NCBI GenBank assembly: GCA_049315725.1
Contig: JBMOJP010000003.1
Location: 7,909 to 71,908 of the forward strand
Direction: 5' to 3'
Source: Chthoniobacterales bacterium
GTDB taxonomy: Bacteria; Verrucomicrobiota; Verrucomicrobiia; Chthoniobacterales; JACTMZ01
Length of the DNA: 64,000 nt
The notes below the pieces were generated by a model, which was not told where the DNA came from, made no database searches, and saw only the letters and a program-made list of their open reading frames with translations. Positions 19,289-27,020 of this stretch are shown in pieces. Numbering within the stretch: the first letter of the stretch is position 1; the number at the start of each line of letters is the position of its first letter. A program made the translations under genes and the position numbers.

Positions 19289-20103
19289 GCCTGCATAGAT
19301 TTCTCAAGTTCCGCGACGACCGGGGCACCCCCAAGCCGTTCCTCGATCACCTCGATGACCTGCGGACCATGGTCGTGCGCATGGCCATCGCGCTAAGCGT
19401 TTGCATGGTGGGAGCGTTCGTCTTCCGCACGGAGTTGGCTTCCATCGTGCAGGCCCCGTTGCTGGCCATTGATCCGTCACGGGTGGACAACCTGCAGTCG
19501 CTGGGCGTGGCCGACTCCATGACCATCTCGCTCAAGCTCTCGTTCTACGCCGGGCTGATCATTTCCTTTCCGGTGCTGCTTTATTTTCTGGCTGGGTTTG
19601 TGCTACCGGCGCTGACGCGGCGCGAGCAGAAGGTAGTTTTCCTCGCCTCGTTGGTTGGATTCGGACTCTTCCTCGCCGGCGTGGCCTTCGCGTTCTTCGG
19701 TGTCCTTCCGCAGACGCTGCAATTTTTCTTTCAGGATGCGCAAAGCATGAATTGGCGGCCGACTTGGACCGTGGGGGAATATTACAGCTTCACCACCCAG
19801 TTCATCCTGGCCTTCGGGTTAGCTTTTGAACTGCCGGTCGTGGTCCTCGCGCTGGTCAAGGTCGGCCTGCTTGGCCACGCGCAGATGCACAGCACCCGGC
19901 CTTACTCTATTGTAGTCATCTTCCTGCTCGCCGCCGTCATCACACCGACCTCGGATGTTTTCACTCTGCTTTTGATGGGCGCGCCCATGGTGCTGCTTTA
20001 CGAGGCCTGCATCTGGATTGCGTGGTGGATGGAACGCCGCGAGGCCGCCACGCTCACCAAACGCGACGAAGACCGTAGCGATCAAACACCGGATCCCGAC
20101 TGA
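19285..20103 (+). CDS. tatC: Twin-arginine translocase subunit TatC
   Basis: FLDHLDDLR N-terminus and six hydrophobic segments. The acidic C-terminal tail overlaps the 3' end of vapC. Confidence 0.9.
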   Translation: MSLHRFLKFRDDRGTPKPFLDHLDDLRTMVVRMAIALSVCMVGAFVFRTELASIVQAPLLAIDPSRVDNLQSLGVADSMTISLKLSFYAGLIISFPVLLYFLAGFVLPALTRREQKVVFLASLVGFGLFLAGVAFAFFGVLPQTLQFFFQDAQSMNWRPTWTVGEYYSFTTQFILAFGLAFELPVVVLALVKVGLLGHAQMHSTRPYSIVVIFLLAAVITPTSDVFTLLLMGAPMVLLYEACIWIAWWMERREAATLTKRDEDRSDQTPDPD

Positions 20104-20440
20104 TGATCTCGAGTCCGTGCTGCCGCGCCTGGACCACTTGGAGGCGGTCAAACAGGTCGCCGTGCATGGGTTCGAGATGCTCCACGGCGGTCACGCTGCG
20201 CCAGTCGGGCGGCAGAATCTCGAAACCGTTCTCCTCGAAGAGACGGGGCAGGTCATGGTCGAGAGAATAGGGCAGCTTCAGCTTGCCCACGCCAAGCTTG
20301 ATCGCCGCCTCCCAGACGCTGGCCAGGCTGACGCAGCACTCCCACGATTCATTCTCCATCGCGTCCTTGGCGTGGCGACCGAAGTCCCTGTCTCCCGAGA
20401 GGAAACCGATCCAGGCATTGGTATCGACGAGATACCTCAC
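20054..20440 (-). CDS. vapC: PIN-domain toxin VapC
   Basis: RYLVDTNAWI... (first PIN Asp) and the C-terminal ISRDPVFDRY pattern. GTG at 20440 overlaps the antitoxin stop (GTGA). The track ORF is over-extended to 20680. Confidence 0.85.
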   Translation of the reverse strand: MRYLVDTNAWIGFLSGDRDFGRHAKDAMENESWECCVSLASVWEAAIKLGVGKLKLPYSLDHDLPRLFEENGFEILPPDWRSVTAVEHLEPMHGDLFDRLQVVQARQHGLEIISRDPVFDRYGLRRVW

Positions 20441-20670
20441 ATGTATTCCTTGAACTCCTCCAGCGGCGCGTCGAAGTCGGGAGCCATGTAGAATGGCGGT
20501 CCCTTCGCGCAACCGAACCTCGCCCGCTTGCGGGGCGGGGAATCCGGCGGCCGCAACTCCGCCACCCGCTTTCCATGCTTGGTGATGTAAATCGTCTCCC
20601 CCGCCGCCACCTCGTCGAGCAACCGCGAAAGATGCGTCTTGGCCTCGAAGGCTCCGACTTCTTTGATCAT
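20437..20670 (-). CDS. Phd/YefM-type antitoxin
   Basis: 77 aa. MIKEVGAFEAKTHLSRLLDEVAAGETIYITKHGKRVAEL is the typical Phd/YefM N-terminus. Confidence 0.85.
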   Translation of the reverse strand: MIKEVGAFEAKTHLSRLLDEVAAGETIYITKHGKRVAELRPPDSPPRKRARFGCAKGPPFYMAPDFDAPLEEFKEYM

Positions 20671-20676
20671 GAGGAA

Positions 20677-20707
20677 ACAACTAGTCTAACCAGTTGTAGT
20701 TTGCAAC
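20677..20707. promoter_or_regulatory. Inverted-repeat candidate operator of the phd-vapC operon
   Basis: ACAACT-N9-AGTTGT (20677-20697), and GTTG-N7-CAAC (20693-20707). Begins 7 nt upstream of the antitoxin start codon. Confidence 0.4.
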
Positions 20708-20720
20708 CTGCCAATAGGTT

Positions 20721-21047
20721 TCAGCCGTCCAGACCTGAGTCGCAGGGGTTCGATCCCCGTTGTCGCTTTTGGTAAGCAACGAAGTGTCCCACCAGCGACA
20801 GCACGCAGGCCGCCTTGAGCACCAGCAGGGGCCACGGTGAATACCAGGCTCCGGTCCTGACCTCGATGAAGTCGCTTACGCCGAAGAGCGCGAAGGAAAG
20901 CGCCGCCCCGTAGCCGAGTCGCCGAGGTTTGGGCGATCGCGCGGTGCAGAGACAGATGGCCTCCGCAATCGCCAGCCAAAGCAGGCCTTCCGCAAAGTTG
21001 AACAACTGATCGAACCCGAAGTCACTGAGCGAAGCGAACAGGGTCAT
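20721..21047 (-). CDS. Small hypothetical membrane protein (3 predicted TM)
   Basis: The 108 aa from ATG 21047 (MTLFASLSDFG...) contain three hydrophobic helices. The upstream part of track ORF 20721..21272 is Arg/Pro-rich and unlikely to be coding. Confidence 0.6.
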   Translation of the reverse strand: MTLFASLSDFGFDQLFNFAEGLLWLAIAEAICLCTARSPKPRRLGYGAALSFALFGVSDFIEVRTGAWYSPWPLLVLKAACVLSLVGHFVAYQKRQRGSNPCDSGLDG

Positions 21048-21265
21048 GGTTGTCGCTGGTGAAGACTGCCGGGCGAGGGAGCAATCTTGCGTGCTTCCCG
21101 GCGGACCTCGGCGGCGATGCGCAGCCTGAGGAGCAGATGACGGTGCCATGGTCCGCTCTGCAATTCGGTAGCATGACGGGCCAACAGGTCCGCGCGCAGG
21201 CGTTGGACGGCATTGCGGTGCAGCCTCTCCGGCCCGTCGGCCACGATTGAGCTTGGTTGAATCAC
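21044..21265 (-). CDS. Possible unannotated 73-aa Arg-rich ORF
   Basis: Lies within track ORF 21044..21286. GTG 21265 overlaps the esterase stop (GTGA) and its own stop overlaps the membrane-protein start (ATGA at 21044-21047). By my hand count of the 80-codon track ORF (21044..21286), 55 of 80 third positions are G or C. No recognisable family. Confidence 0.35.
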   Translation of the reverse strand: MIQPSSIVADGPERLHRNAVQRLRADLLARHATELQSGPWHRHLLLRLRIAAEVRREARKIAPSPGSLHQRQP

Positions 21266-22440
21266 TTGCCACCCCCGGCGAGCCACTCGAGGGCCTTGGC
21301 GAAGCTTTCCTCGTTCATACCATGGCCGCCGTCATAGGTGTCGCGGCGGATGTTTTTGATGCCTTGTTTCTTCACGGCCTCGGCCACGAAGTCCGCGCGG
21401 GCGGCATTGATCATGGGATCGTTTTTGCCGATGGCCAGATAGACCGCGAGGTCGCGCACCTTGGTGCGGTCCGGGCGGAAGATGGCTTGGCCGGCTGAGA
21501 ACCTCTCGTCGCCGGCGCCGCCCATGAAGACGCCCTCCACCGGATAGCCCTTCTTGAGGAGAGCGCAGGACATCATGGCGCTGCGCAGCCCTCCGCCGGA
21601 GTTGCCACCGGTGAAGAACCGCCATTTTTTCGCGTCCGGGTATCTTTCCTCCAACGCGCGGAGTCCGGCGTAGATCATGGCGGCGTGCCATTCGGGGGGG
21701 AGCTTCTCCTCCAGCACCGGCCCGGTGGCGGCGATGGCGACCCAGCCGTTGCGCGTGGCGATGCCGCCGAAACGCGGCATGGGCTTGAGGTGGGCTCCGC
21801 CGTTGTCATCGGTGGAAAAAACGACCAAGACTTTCTGCGGTTGGGACGGATCGAATCCCTCGGGTAGCATCAGGCCCACCGTGGCCTCCGCGGGTGTGAC
21901 CCCCGCGGGGGAACGTCCCGCCATCCGTTTCTCCTCCGGCGTGAGCGGCACTTTGAATTCCTCCATGCTCGCGCCGCGGGTGCCGGCGGGCGGACTCGTG
22001 TCTTCGTCTTTATCCTCCACCGCGCTGACGCCAGGGGTGGGAGACGGGACGACGACGGGTGCGGAGACGGCTTGGTCAACCTGTCCGGGCGTGACCTCGC
22101 CGGCCACGCGAATGCTGGTCGGCGAGGAAAGCACGACTTGCGGTCGGCCCTTGTGCACCTCGACGAGCCCCTCAACATCGACTTCCTTGCCTTGGAGGAC
22201 CGAGAGATCACCGAAGTCGCCGGAGCCCGGTTTGACCACAGCGGTGAATTCGCTGTTTGGATGGGCTTGCCCGAAGTTCACAAAAGTCATGCCGCCGCCC
22301 ACGGTGGAGACTTGGGCCACGGTGCCGCGAACCACAGTGGTTTCCCCCACGTGCGAACCCGCCTCGGTGCTCTTGATCGCGGCGGAGGCGGGGGCAAACC
22401 CGGCGGCAAAGAGGAGCACAACCAGAGAGGTAATTTTCAT
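21262..22440 (-). CDS. Secreted OB-fold domain / alpha-beta hydrolase (esterase) fusion protein
   Basis: Signal peptide (MKITSLVVLLFAAGFAPASA), an OB-like module (VRGTVAQVSTVGGGMTFVNFG...VDVEGLVEVHKGRPQVVL), a Pro-rich linker, then a hydrolase with nucleophile GNSGG, an acid candidate in GKNDP and His in GGHG. Confidence 0.7.
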   Translation of the reverse strand: MKITSLVVLLFAAGFAPASAAIKSTEAGSHVGETTVVRGTVAQVSTVGGGMTFVNFGQAHPNSEFTAVVKPGSGDFGDLSVLQGKEVDVEGLVEVHKGRPQVVLSSPTSIRVAGEVTPGQVDQAVSAPVVVPSPTPGVSAVEDKDEDTSPPAGTRGASMEEFKVPLTPEEKRMAGRSPAGVTPAEATVGLMLPEGFDPSQPQKVLVVFSTDDNGGAHLKPMPRFGGIATRNGWVAIAATGPVLEEKLPPEWHAAMIYAGLRALEERYPDAKKWRFFTGGNSGGGLRSAMMSCALLKKGYPVEGVFMGGAGDERFSAGQAIFRPDRTKVRDLAVYLAIGKNDPMINAARADFVAEAVKKQGIKNIRRDTYDGGHGMNEESFAKALEWLAGGGK

Positions 22441-22578
22441 GCGGACTGCATGGCATCCGTTGCCTGGTGAGGCAAACCAATTTATCCATTCGTTTCGCCC
22501 TGGACGGCATGGATCGACCCGTCGGTTGCATCGTGGGCAAATCTTGTCGCACTCGGCTCTTCGGAGTAGTTTGGTGTC

Positions 22579-22803
22579 GTGACCTACGAGCACATTATCA
22601 CCGTGGATCCCGCGAAGCGCAGTGGCAAGCCATGCATCCGGGGTATGCGCATCACCGTTTACGACGTGTTGGAGTATCTCGCCTCCGGCATGACGGAGGA
22701 CGAGATCTTGGCCGATTTTTCCGAGCTGACCCGTGAGGACATCAAGGCGTGCCTGGCCTTTGCCGCTGACCGTGAGCGGAAGCTTTTCACCGCGGCCGCG
22801 TGA
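22579..22803 (+). CDS. DUF433-family protein (putative antitoxin)
   Basis: 74 aa with the DUF433 pattern DPAKRSGKPCIRGMRITVYDVLEYLASGMTEDEILADFSELTREDIKACLAFA. GTG start. Confidence 0.8.
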   Translation: MTYEHIITVDPAKRSGKPCIRGMRITVYDVLEYLASGMTEDEILADFSELTREDIKACLAFAADRERKLFTAAA

Positions 22804-23132
22804 AGCTTCCGCTCGATGAGAATCTGTCGGACCGGATTCTCCCGCAGATTCTGGACCTCTATCCAGCCTCGGCGCACGTCAAGCAACTCGGACTCACCCA
22901 GACGGATGATGCCCTCATCTGGTCTTTTGCCCGAGAGAACGGATACGCCATAGCTTCGAAGGACGCCGATTTTCATCAGCGAAGTCTGGTCTTCGGCCAC
23001 CCTCCGAAGTTCATTTACCTCCGCGTCGGCAACTGTGCGACCAGCCGAATCAGCGAGATTCTGCGTTCCAACTTCGTCCGACTGATCGCCTTCGACGGCG
23101 ATCCGCACACCAGCATTTTGGTTCTACCTTAG
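22800..23132 (+). CDS. DUF5615-family PIN-like protein (putative toxin)
   Basis: 110 aa. KLPLDENLS... and ASKDADF acidic motifs. GTGA overlap with the DUF433 gene. Confidence 0.75.
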   Translation: MKLPLDENLSDRILPQILDLYPASAHVKQLGLTQTDDALIWSFARENGYAIASKDADFHQRSLVFGHPPKFIYLRVGNCATSRISEILRSNFVRLIAFDGDPHTSILVLP

Positions 23133-23201
23133 CCGGAAAGCACCCAACCCTAACGAAGCTTGCGTCGCCAGAGCTCGCGGCGGGGCGGGGTGTCTGATTG
23201 T

Positions 23202-23792
23202 ATGTTCGCCATGAAACTCCACCGCACAATCTCCCTCGACCGGCCGCTGCTTGTTGTTGCCTTGGAGGAGGAGGCCCAGCATTTGCATGTGACCGAGTTC
23301 CCTGTGCTGGTCACGGGGGTGGGGAAAATTTGTGCGTCCTCCGCGCTGTCGGCTTTGCTCGCGCGTCAGCGTCCCTCGCGCCTCATCAACCTCGGCACGG
23401 CGGGGGCTCTGCAGGATGGTCTCGTCGGCACGCAGGTCATCGGGCGGGTCATCCAGCATGATTTTGATGACGAGGGGGTTTTCGCTCTGACGGGCGAGCA
23501 TTTCGGCGAACCGATCGATCTTGGCGGCACCGGACCGGTGCTGGCCTCGGGGGACGCGTTCATCAGCGGCGGGCCGGCGCGGGATCGGCTGATTGCGCGT
23601 GGGGCGCAGTTGGTGGACATGGAAGGTTATGCGGTCACGCGGGTCGCGCGGGACTTTGGCCTGGCGGTTACGCTGGTCAAGCAGATCAGCGATTCCGCCT
23701 GCGAGGGCGCGGCGAAAAGCTGGGCTGCGACGCTCGACGAATGCGCGGAGAGCCTCGGGGCGTGGGTGCGGCGGGAGCTTTTGGGCGCTTGA
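23202..23792 (+). CDS. Nucleoside phosphorylase-family protein (MTA/SAH nucleosidase or futalosine hydrolase-like)
   Basis: VTGVGKICASSA, NLGTAGAL, VDMEGYAV...KQISD. I cannot separate the subfamilies by eye. Confidence 0.7.
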   Translation: MFAMKLHRTISLDRPLLVVALEEEAQHLHVTEFPVLVTGVGKICASSALSALLARQRPSRLINLGTAGALQDGLVGTQVIGRVIQHDFDDEGVFALTGEHFGEPIDLGGTGPVLASGDAFISGGPARDRLIARGAQLVDMEGYAVTRVARDFGLAVTLVKQISDSACEGAAKSWAATLDECAESLGAWVRRELLGA

Positions 23793-23826
23793 CCTCGCAG
23801 CGAGGGCAGGGGACGTTCGGGGCCTT

Positions 23827-24045
23827 ATGCACATCGACGCTTACACCAAGATCATGCTCACTCTCGTGGCCGGCTGCCTGCTTTACATGGTGGCCAAGGA
23901 CCTGACGCTCGTGCCGTCCGCCCAGGCCCAGAACGCCTCGTCCGCCGTCACGGATGTAAACATTGTCCAAGTCGCGGGTTCGCCCGTGGTTGCCCCGGCC
24001 GACAGCCGCTTCGAGACCGCATTGCCCGTGCGGGTGCTGCAGTAG
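23827..24045 (+). CDS. Small hypothetical membrane-anchored protein
   Basis: 72 aa from ATG 23827 (MHIDAYTKIMLTLVAGCLLYMVAK...). One TM plus a soluble tail. Confidence 0.45.
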   Translation: MHIDAYTKIMLTLVAGCLLYMVAKDLTLVPSAQAQNASSAVTDVNIVQVAGSPVVAPADSRFETALPVRVLQ

Positions 24046-24048
24046 GAC

Positions 24049-24087
24049 AAAAAAACACGCCGCCGGGTGCAGGACCGCGGCGGCGTG
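24049..24087 (-). terminator. Rho-independent terminator of rpoA-rplQ
   Basis: 10-bp GC stem, CACGCCGCCG (24056-24065) with CGGCGGCGTG (24078-24087). On the minus strand it is followed by T7 (the plus-strand A-run 24049-24055). Lies 23 nt after the rplQ stop. Confidence 0.75.
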
Positions 24088-24109
24088 GTGATGGGGATAA
24101 TCCCGGCTT

Positions 24110-24580
24110 CTATTCGGCGTCCTTTTTCGGCGCGGATTTCTTTGCCGCCGGTTTCTTCGTGGCTGGTTTTTTCTCCGCCTTGGATTTTACCTCCGCGACG
24201 GGTTCGGCCTCGACCTCAACCGGGGCAGTATCAACCCACTCAAGGATGGCCATGGGAGCGCTGTCGCTCTTGCGGGCTCCGAGCTTGATGATGCGGGTGT
24301 AGCCACCGGCGCGGCTGGCCGAGCGGGGGGCGATTTCCTCGAAGAGTTTTTTCACCGCACCGGGCTGATGGAGCACGGCCACGGCGGTGCGGCGCGCGTG
24401 AATGGTGCCCTTTTTGCCGAGGGTGACCATTTTCTCCGCCAGCGGCCGGACAGCCTTGGCCTTGGCCAGGGTCGTGCGGATGCGCTGATGATCGATCAGG
24501 CTGCAGACCTGGTTGGCCAGCAGCGCGTCGCGGTGGGCCTGGGAACGGCCGAGTTTGACAGTTTTGTTTTGGTGCCTCAT
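24110..24580 (-). CDS. rplQ: 50S ribosomal protein L17
   Basis: MRHQNKTVKLGRSQAHRDALLANQ...GGYTRIIKLG, plus a Lys/Ala-rich C-terminal extension. Confidence 0.95.
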   Translation of the reverse strand: MRHQNKTVKLGRSQAHRDALLANQVCSLIDHQRIRTTLAKAKAVRPLAEKMVTLGKKGTIHARRTAVAVLHQPGAVKKLFEEIAPRSASRAGGYTRIIKLGARKSDSAPMAILEWVDTAPVEVEAEPVAEVKSKAEKKPATKKPAAKKSAPKKDAE

Positions 24581-24598
24581 GGGCGTTAGGGCGTTGGG

Positions 24599-25648
24599 TT
24601 ACTTTTTCTTGGGTTCTTCCGCAACCGCCGCGCCGGCTTCTGCTGCGTCGGGGCCCGGGGCGGGCTCGATCAGACCGGGCTCAAACTTGACGCCGAGGCC
24701 GAGGCCGAGTTCCTCGAGTTTGTCTTTGATCTCGTTGAGCGACTTCTTGCCGAAGTTGCGGTATTTGAGCATTTCGGCTTCAGACTTCATGGCGAGCTGG
24801 CCGACGGTGGTGATGTTGGCGTTGTTGAGGCAGTTGGCGGCACGGACGCTCAGTTCGATTTCGTTGACGCTCATGTTGAGGAGCTTCCGCATCTTGGCGT
24901 TCTCCTGACTGACGGCCTCGGGGGTCTGGTCGAATTCGACGGCGGCGTCATCCGAGTCCACGAACACGTCGAGGTGATGGCGCATGATGGCCGCAGACTG
25001 GAGGAGCGCGTCGTCCGGCGTGATGCGGCCGTCGGTCCAAACTTCGAGGATGAGCTTGTCGTAGTCGGTGCGCTGGCCGACGCGGGTGGCTTCAATGGCG
25101 TATTTCACGCGGGTGACGGGCGAGAAGATCGAGTCAATGGCGATCACGCCGATGGCCTGGTCGGTCGTCTTGTTCTGGTCGCCGCTGGCAAAGCCGCGGC
25201 CTTTGCGAACATTCATCTCGATGGAGAATTTCCGCTTCTTGTCGAGTGTGGCAATGTGATGCTTGGGATTGAGGACCTCGCATTTGTTGGTCGACTCGAT
25301 GTCCCCGGCGGTGATGGCACCTTCCTTGTTCACGCTCAGCACCACGCGGTGGGTTTCGTGGTCGTGGGTGTTGAACTTGACCTTCTTGAGGTTGAGGATG
25401 ATTTCCACCACGTCTTCGACGACGCCGTCGATGGTCTGGAATTCATGATCCACTCCCTCGATGTGGATTGAGGTGATGGCGGCGCCTTCCAGGGAAGAGA
25501 GGAGCACGCGGCGCAGGGAGTTGCCGACGGTGTGTCCATAGCCGGCCTCGAAGGGTTCGGCGGTGAACTTGGCGTAGGTTTCAGTGGCAGACTTCTCGTC
25601 TTTGACGAGAGTCTTGGGCATTTCGAAGCGTCCGAGACGAACGGGCAT
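24599..25648 (-). CDS. rpoA: DNA-directed RNA polymerase subunit alpha
   Basis: N-terminal domain (GYGHTVGNSLRRVLLSS) and C-terminal domain (ELSVRAANCLNNANITTVGQL). Confidence 0.95.
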   Translation of the reverse strand: MPVRLGRFEMPKTLVKDEKSATETYAKFTAEPFEAGYGHTVGNSLRRVLLSSLEGAAITSIHIEGVDHEFQTIDGVVEDVVEIILNLKKVKFNTHDHETHRVVLSVNKEGAITAGDIESTNKCEVLNPKHHIATLDKKRKFSIEMNVRKGRGFASGDQNKTTDQAIGVIAIDSIFSPVTRVKYAIEATRVGQRTDYDKLILEVWTDGRITPDDALLQSAAIMRHHLDVFVDSDDAAVEFDQTPEAVSQENAKMRKLLNMSVNEIELSVRAANCLNNANITTVGQLAMKSEAEMLKYRNFGKKSLNEIKDKLEELGLGLGVKFEPGLIEPAPGPDAAEAGAAVAEEPKKK

Positions 25649-25757
25649 GGTGTGTATTGGTAGTAATTCGCCGGGTTACCCTTGGCGCGTTTGATTCCGC
25701 CGACGAGGCGGTGGAACCCAAGGACCTACGGCGCGATTGGTGACGCGCAAGGCATGC

Positions 25758-25785
25758 AATGTAGCGGTCTGGTGCCGCCTGGCAA
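25758..25785 (-). promoter_or_regulatory. Candidate sigma-70 promoter for rpoA-rplQ
   Basis: Minus strand reads TTGCCA-N16-TACATT, about 110 nt upstream of the rpoA ATG. No ribosomal protein gene lies upstream. Confidence 0.3.
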
Positions 25786-25800
25786 GGACATTATCCCGTC

Positions 25801-26412
25801 TTATTCCTCGAGGATGCCATCCGCGACCAAGCCCTCACGATTGGCCCGGAAGACCTCACGGCTGACCGGGTAGGTGGAGAGGCGGTTGATCTCGATCAGC
25901 GAGGCGGCCTCCTCGGGCGGAATTCGGCCGGCCAGCCGCGGATACATGGCGATGGTGTTGCGGTCGGGAATGACCACATGGAATCCGTCGCCGAGGAGGG
26001 GTTCAAAGCGGGTGTAAAACGCAGAGCAGAGGGCAAGTGCAGGCAGGAGTGGGTCGTCGCCGGTGATGAGGATGCGGTCGATCACGCGTTTGGCGTCGCG
26101 GCGGATCTCGACATTCGCCTCAATAAGCCACCGGCCACCGTCGGTTTCGGCCAGCTTACGGGCGAAGCGCCAGGCGCCGCGGGTGGTGGCATACTCCAAT
26201 GCGCCGTAATCCGTGCTGCGGGCCACGGCGAGAAACGTCGTTTTGGATCGGGGGATGGATTCGTAAATAGCAGGGCGGGGCTCGAATGAGGGCACAACGG
26301 TAACCCGCCAAGCAGCAGGATCTGCGGCCCAGGCAAGATGCGGCAGCGTGGTCGCCACCAAGGCGCAAAGAAAAGCACGCTTGCCGTTATGGCGGGGTCT
26401 GGTAGCGGTCAT
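25801..26412 (-). CDS. Hypothetical exported protein
   Basis: Signal-like N-terminus (AFLCALVATTLPHLAWA) and no recognisable family. ATG 26412 preferred to TTG 26418. Confidence 0.55.
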   Translation of the reverse strand: MTATRPRHNGKRAFLCALVATTLPHLAWAADPAAWRVTVVPSFEPRPAIYESIPRSKTTFLAVARSTDYGALEYATTRGAWRFARKLAETDGGRWLIEANVEIRRDAKRVIDRILITGDDPLLPALALCSAFYTRFEPLLGDGFHVVIPDRNTIAMYPRLAGRIPPEEAASLIEINRLSTYPVSREVFRANREGLVADGILEE

Positions 26413-26417
26413 GGGCA

Positions 26418-27020
26418 ATGATTACATCCTTGGAGGGCGTGTTGCGCGAGGTCTGGCCCACCCAAGTGGTGGTGGAAGTTCATGGGGTAGGCTACGAGGT
26501 TTTTATCCCACTCTCCAGCTACGATCGTCTGCCGCCACCTGGTCAGCCTGTGCGCCTGCTCACGCATCTGCAAGTGCGCGAAGACGCTCATCTTCTTTTC
26601 GGCTTTGCCTCGGCGGAGGAAAGGGATCTGTTTCGTCTGCTGGTCACGCGCGTCAGTGGCGTGGGTCCGAAGCTCGCTCTCGCGGTTCTGAGTGGCATGG
26701 ATGTCGCACGGTTTAAGGCCGCGGTGGTGGATTCCGATACGGCCTCCATCGCGCAGATCAGCGGATTGGGAAAGAAAACGGCGGAGCGGATCGTGCTTGA
26801 GCTCAAAGACAAGCTGGGCGTGGCTGCAGCCTGGGAGGCCGCCAGCGCGGAGCATGCACCGAGCGCCGGGGCCCGGGCGGCGAACGATGCCGTGCTCGCC
26901 TTGATCGCACTGGGTTACAAGCAGGTGGATGCGGCCAAGGCCGTGCGGGTGGCGGCCCAGCAGAACAAGGAGGCGGGGACGGAGGAGTTGGTGCGGCTGG
27001 CCCTGAAATCCTTGGCGTGA
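26418..27020 (+). CDS. ruvA: Holliday junction DNA helicase subunit RuvA
   Basis: MITSLEGVL..., GVGYEVFIP, HhH region (VSGVGPKLALAVLS; ISGLGKKTAERIVLELKDK). Confidence 0.9.
   Translation: MITSLEGVLREVWPTQVVVEVHGVGYEVFIPLSSYDRLPPPGQPVRLLTHLQVREDAHLLFGFASAEERDLFRLLVTRVSGVGPKLALAVLSGMDVARFKAAVVDSDTASIAQISGLGKKTAERIVLELKDKLGVAAAWEAASAEHAPSAGARAANDAVLALIALGYKQVDAAKAVRVAAQQNKEAGTEELVRLALKSLA

Noticed and set aside
20742-20767. tRNA-like T-arm string GCAGGGGTTCGATCCCCGTTGTCGC.
   Set aside because: I could not build a cloverleaf. There is no complementary 5' acceptor strand, D-arm or anticodon arm in the preceding 80 nt, the T-stem has a mismatch, and there is no CCA context. It also lies inside the 3' end of a plausible CDS. 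It is kept only as a possible relic of an integration site, noted under the islet finding.
21117-21137. Minus-strand TGGCAC...TCTGC, a sigma-54-like sequence upstream of the small membrane gene.
   Set aside because: The GG-to-GC spacing is off by one, and the site lies inside the candidate 73-aa ORF.
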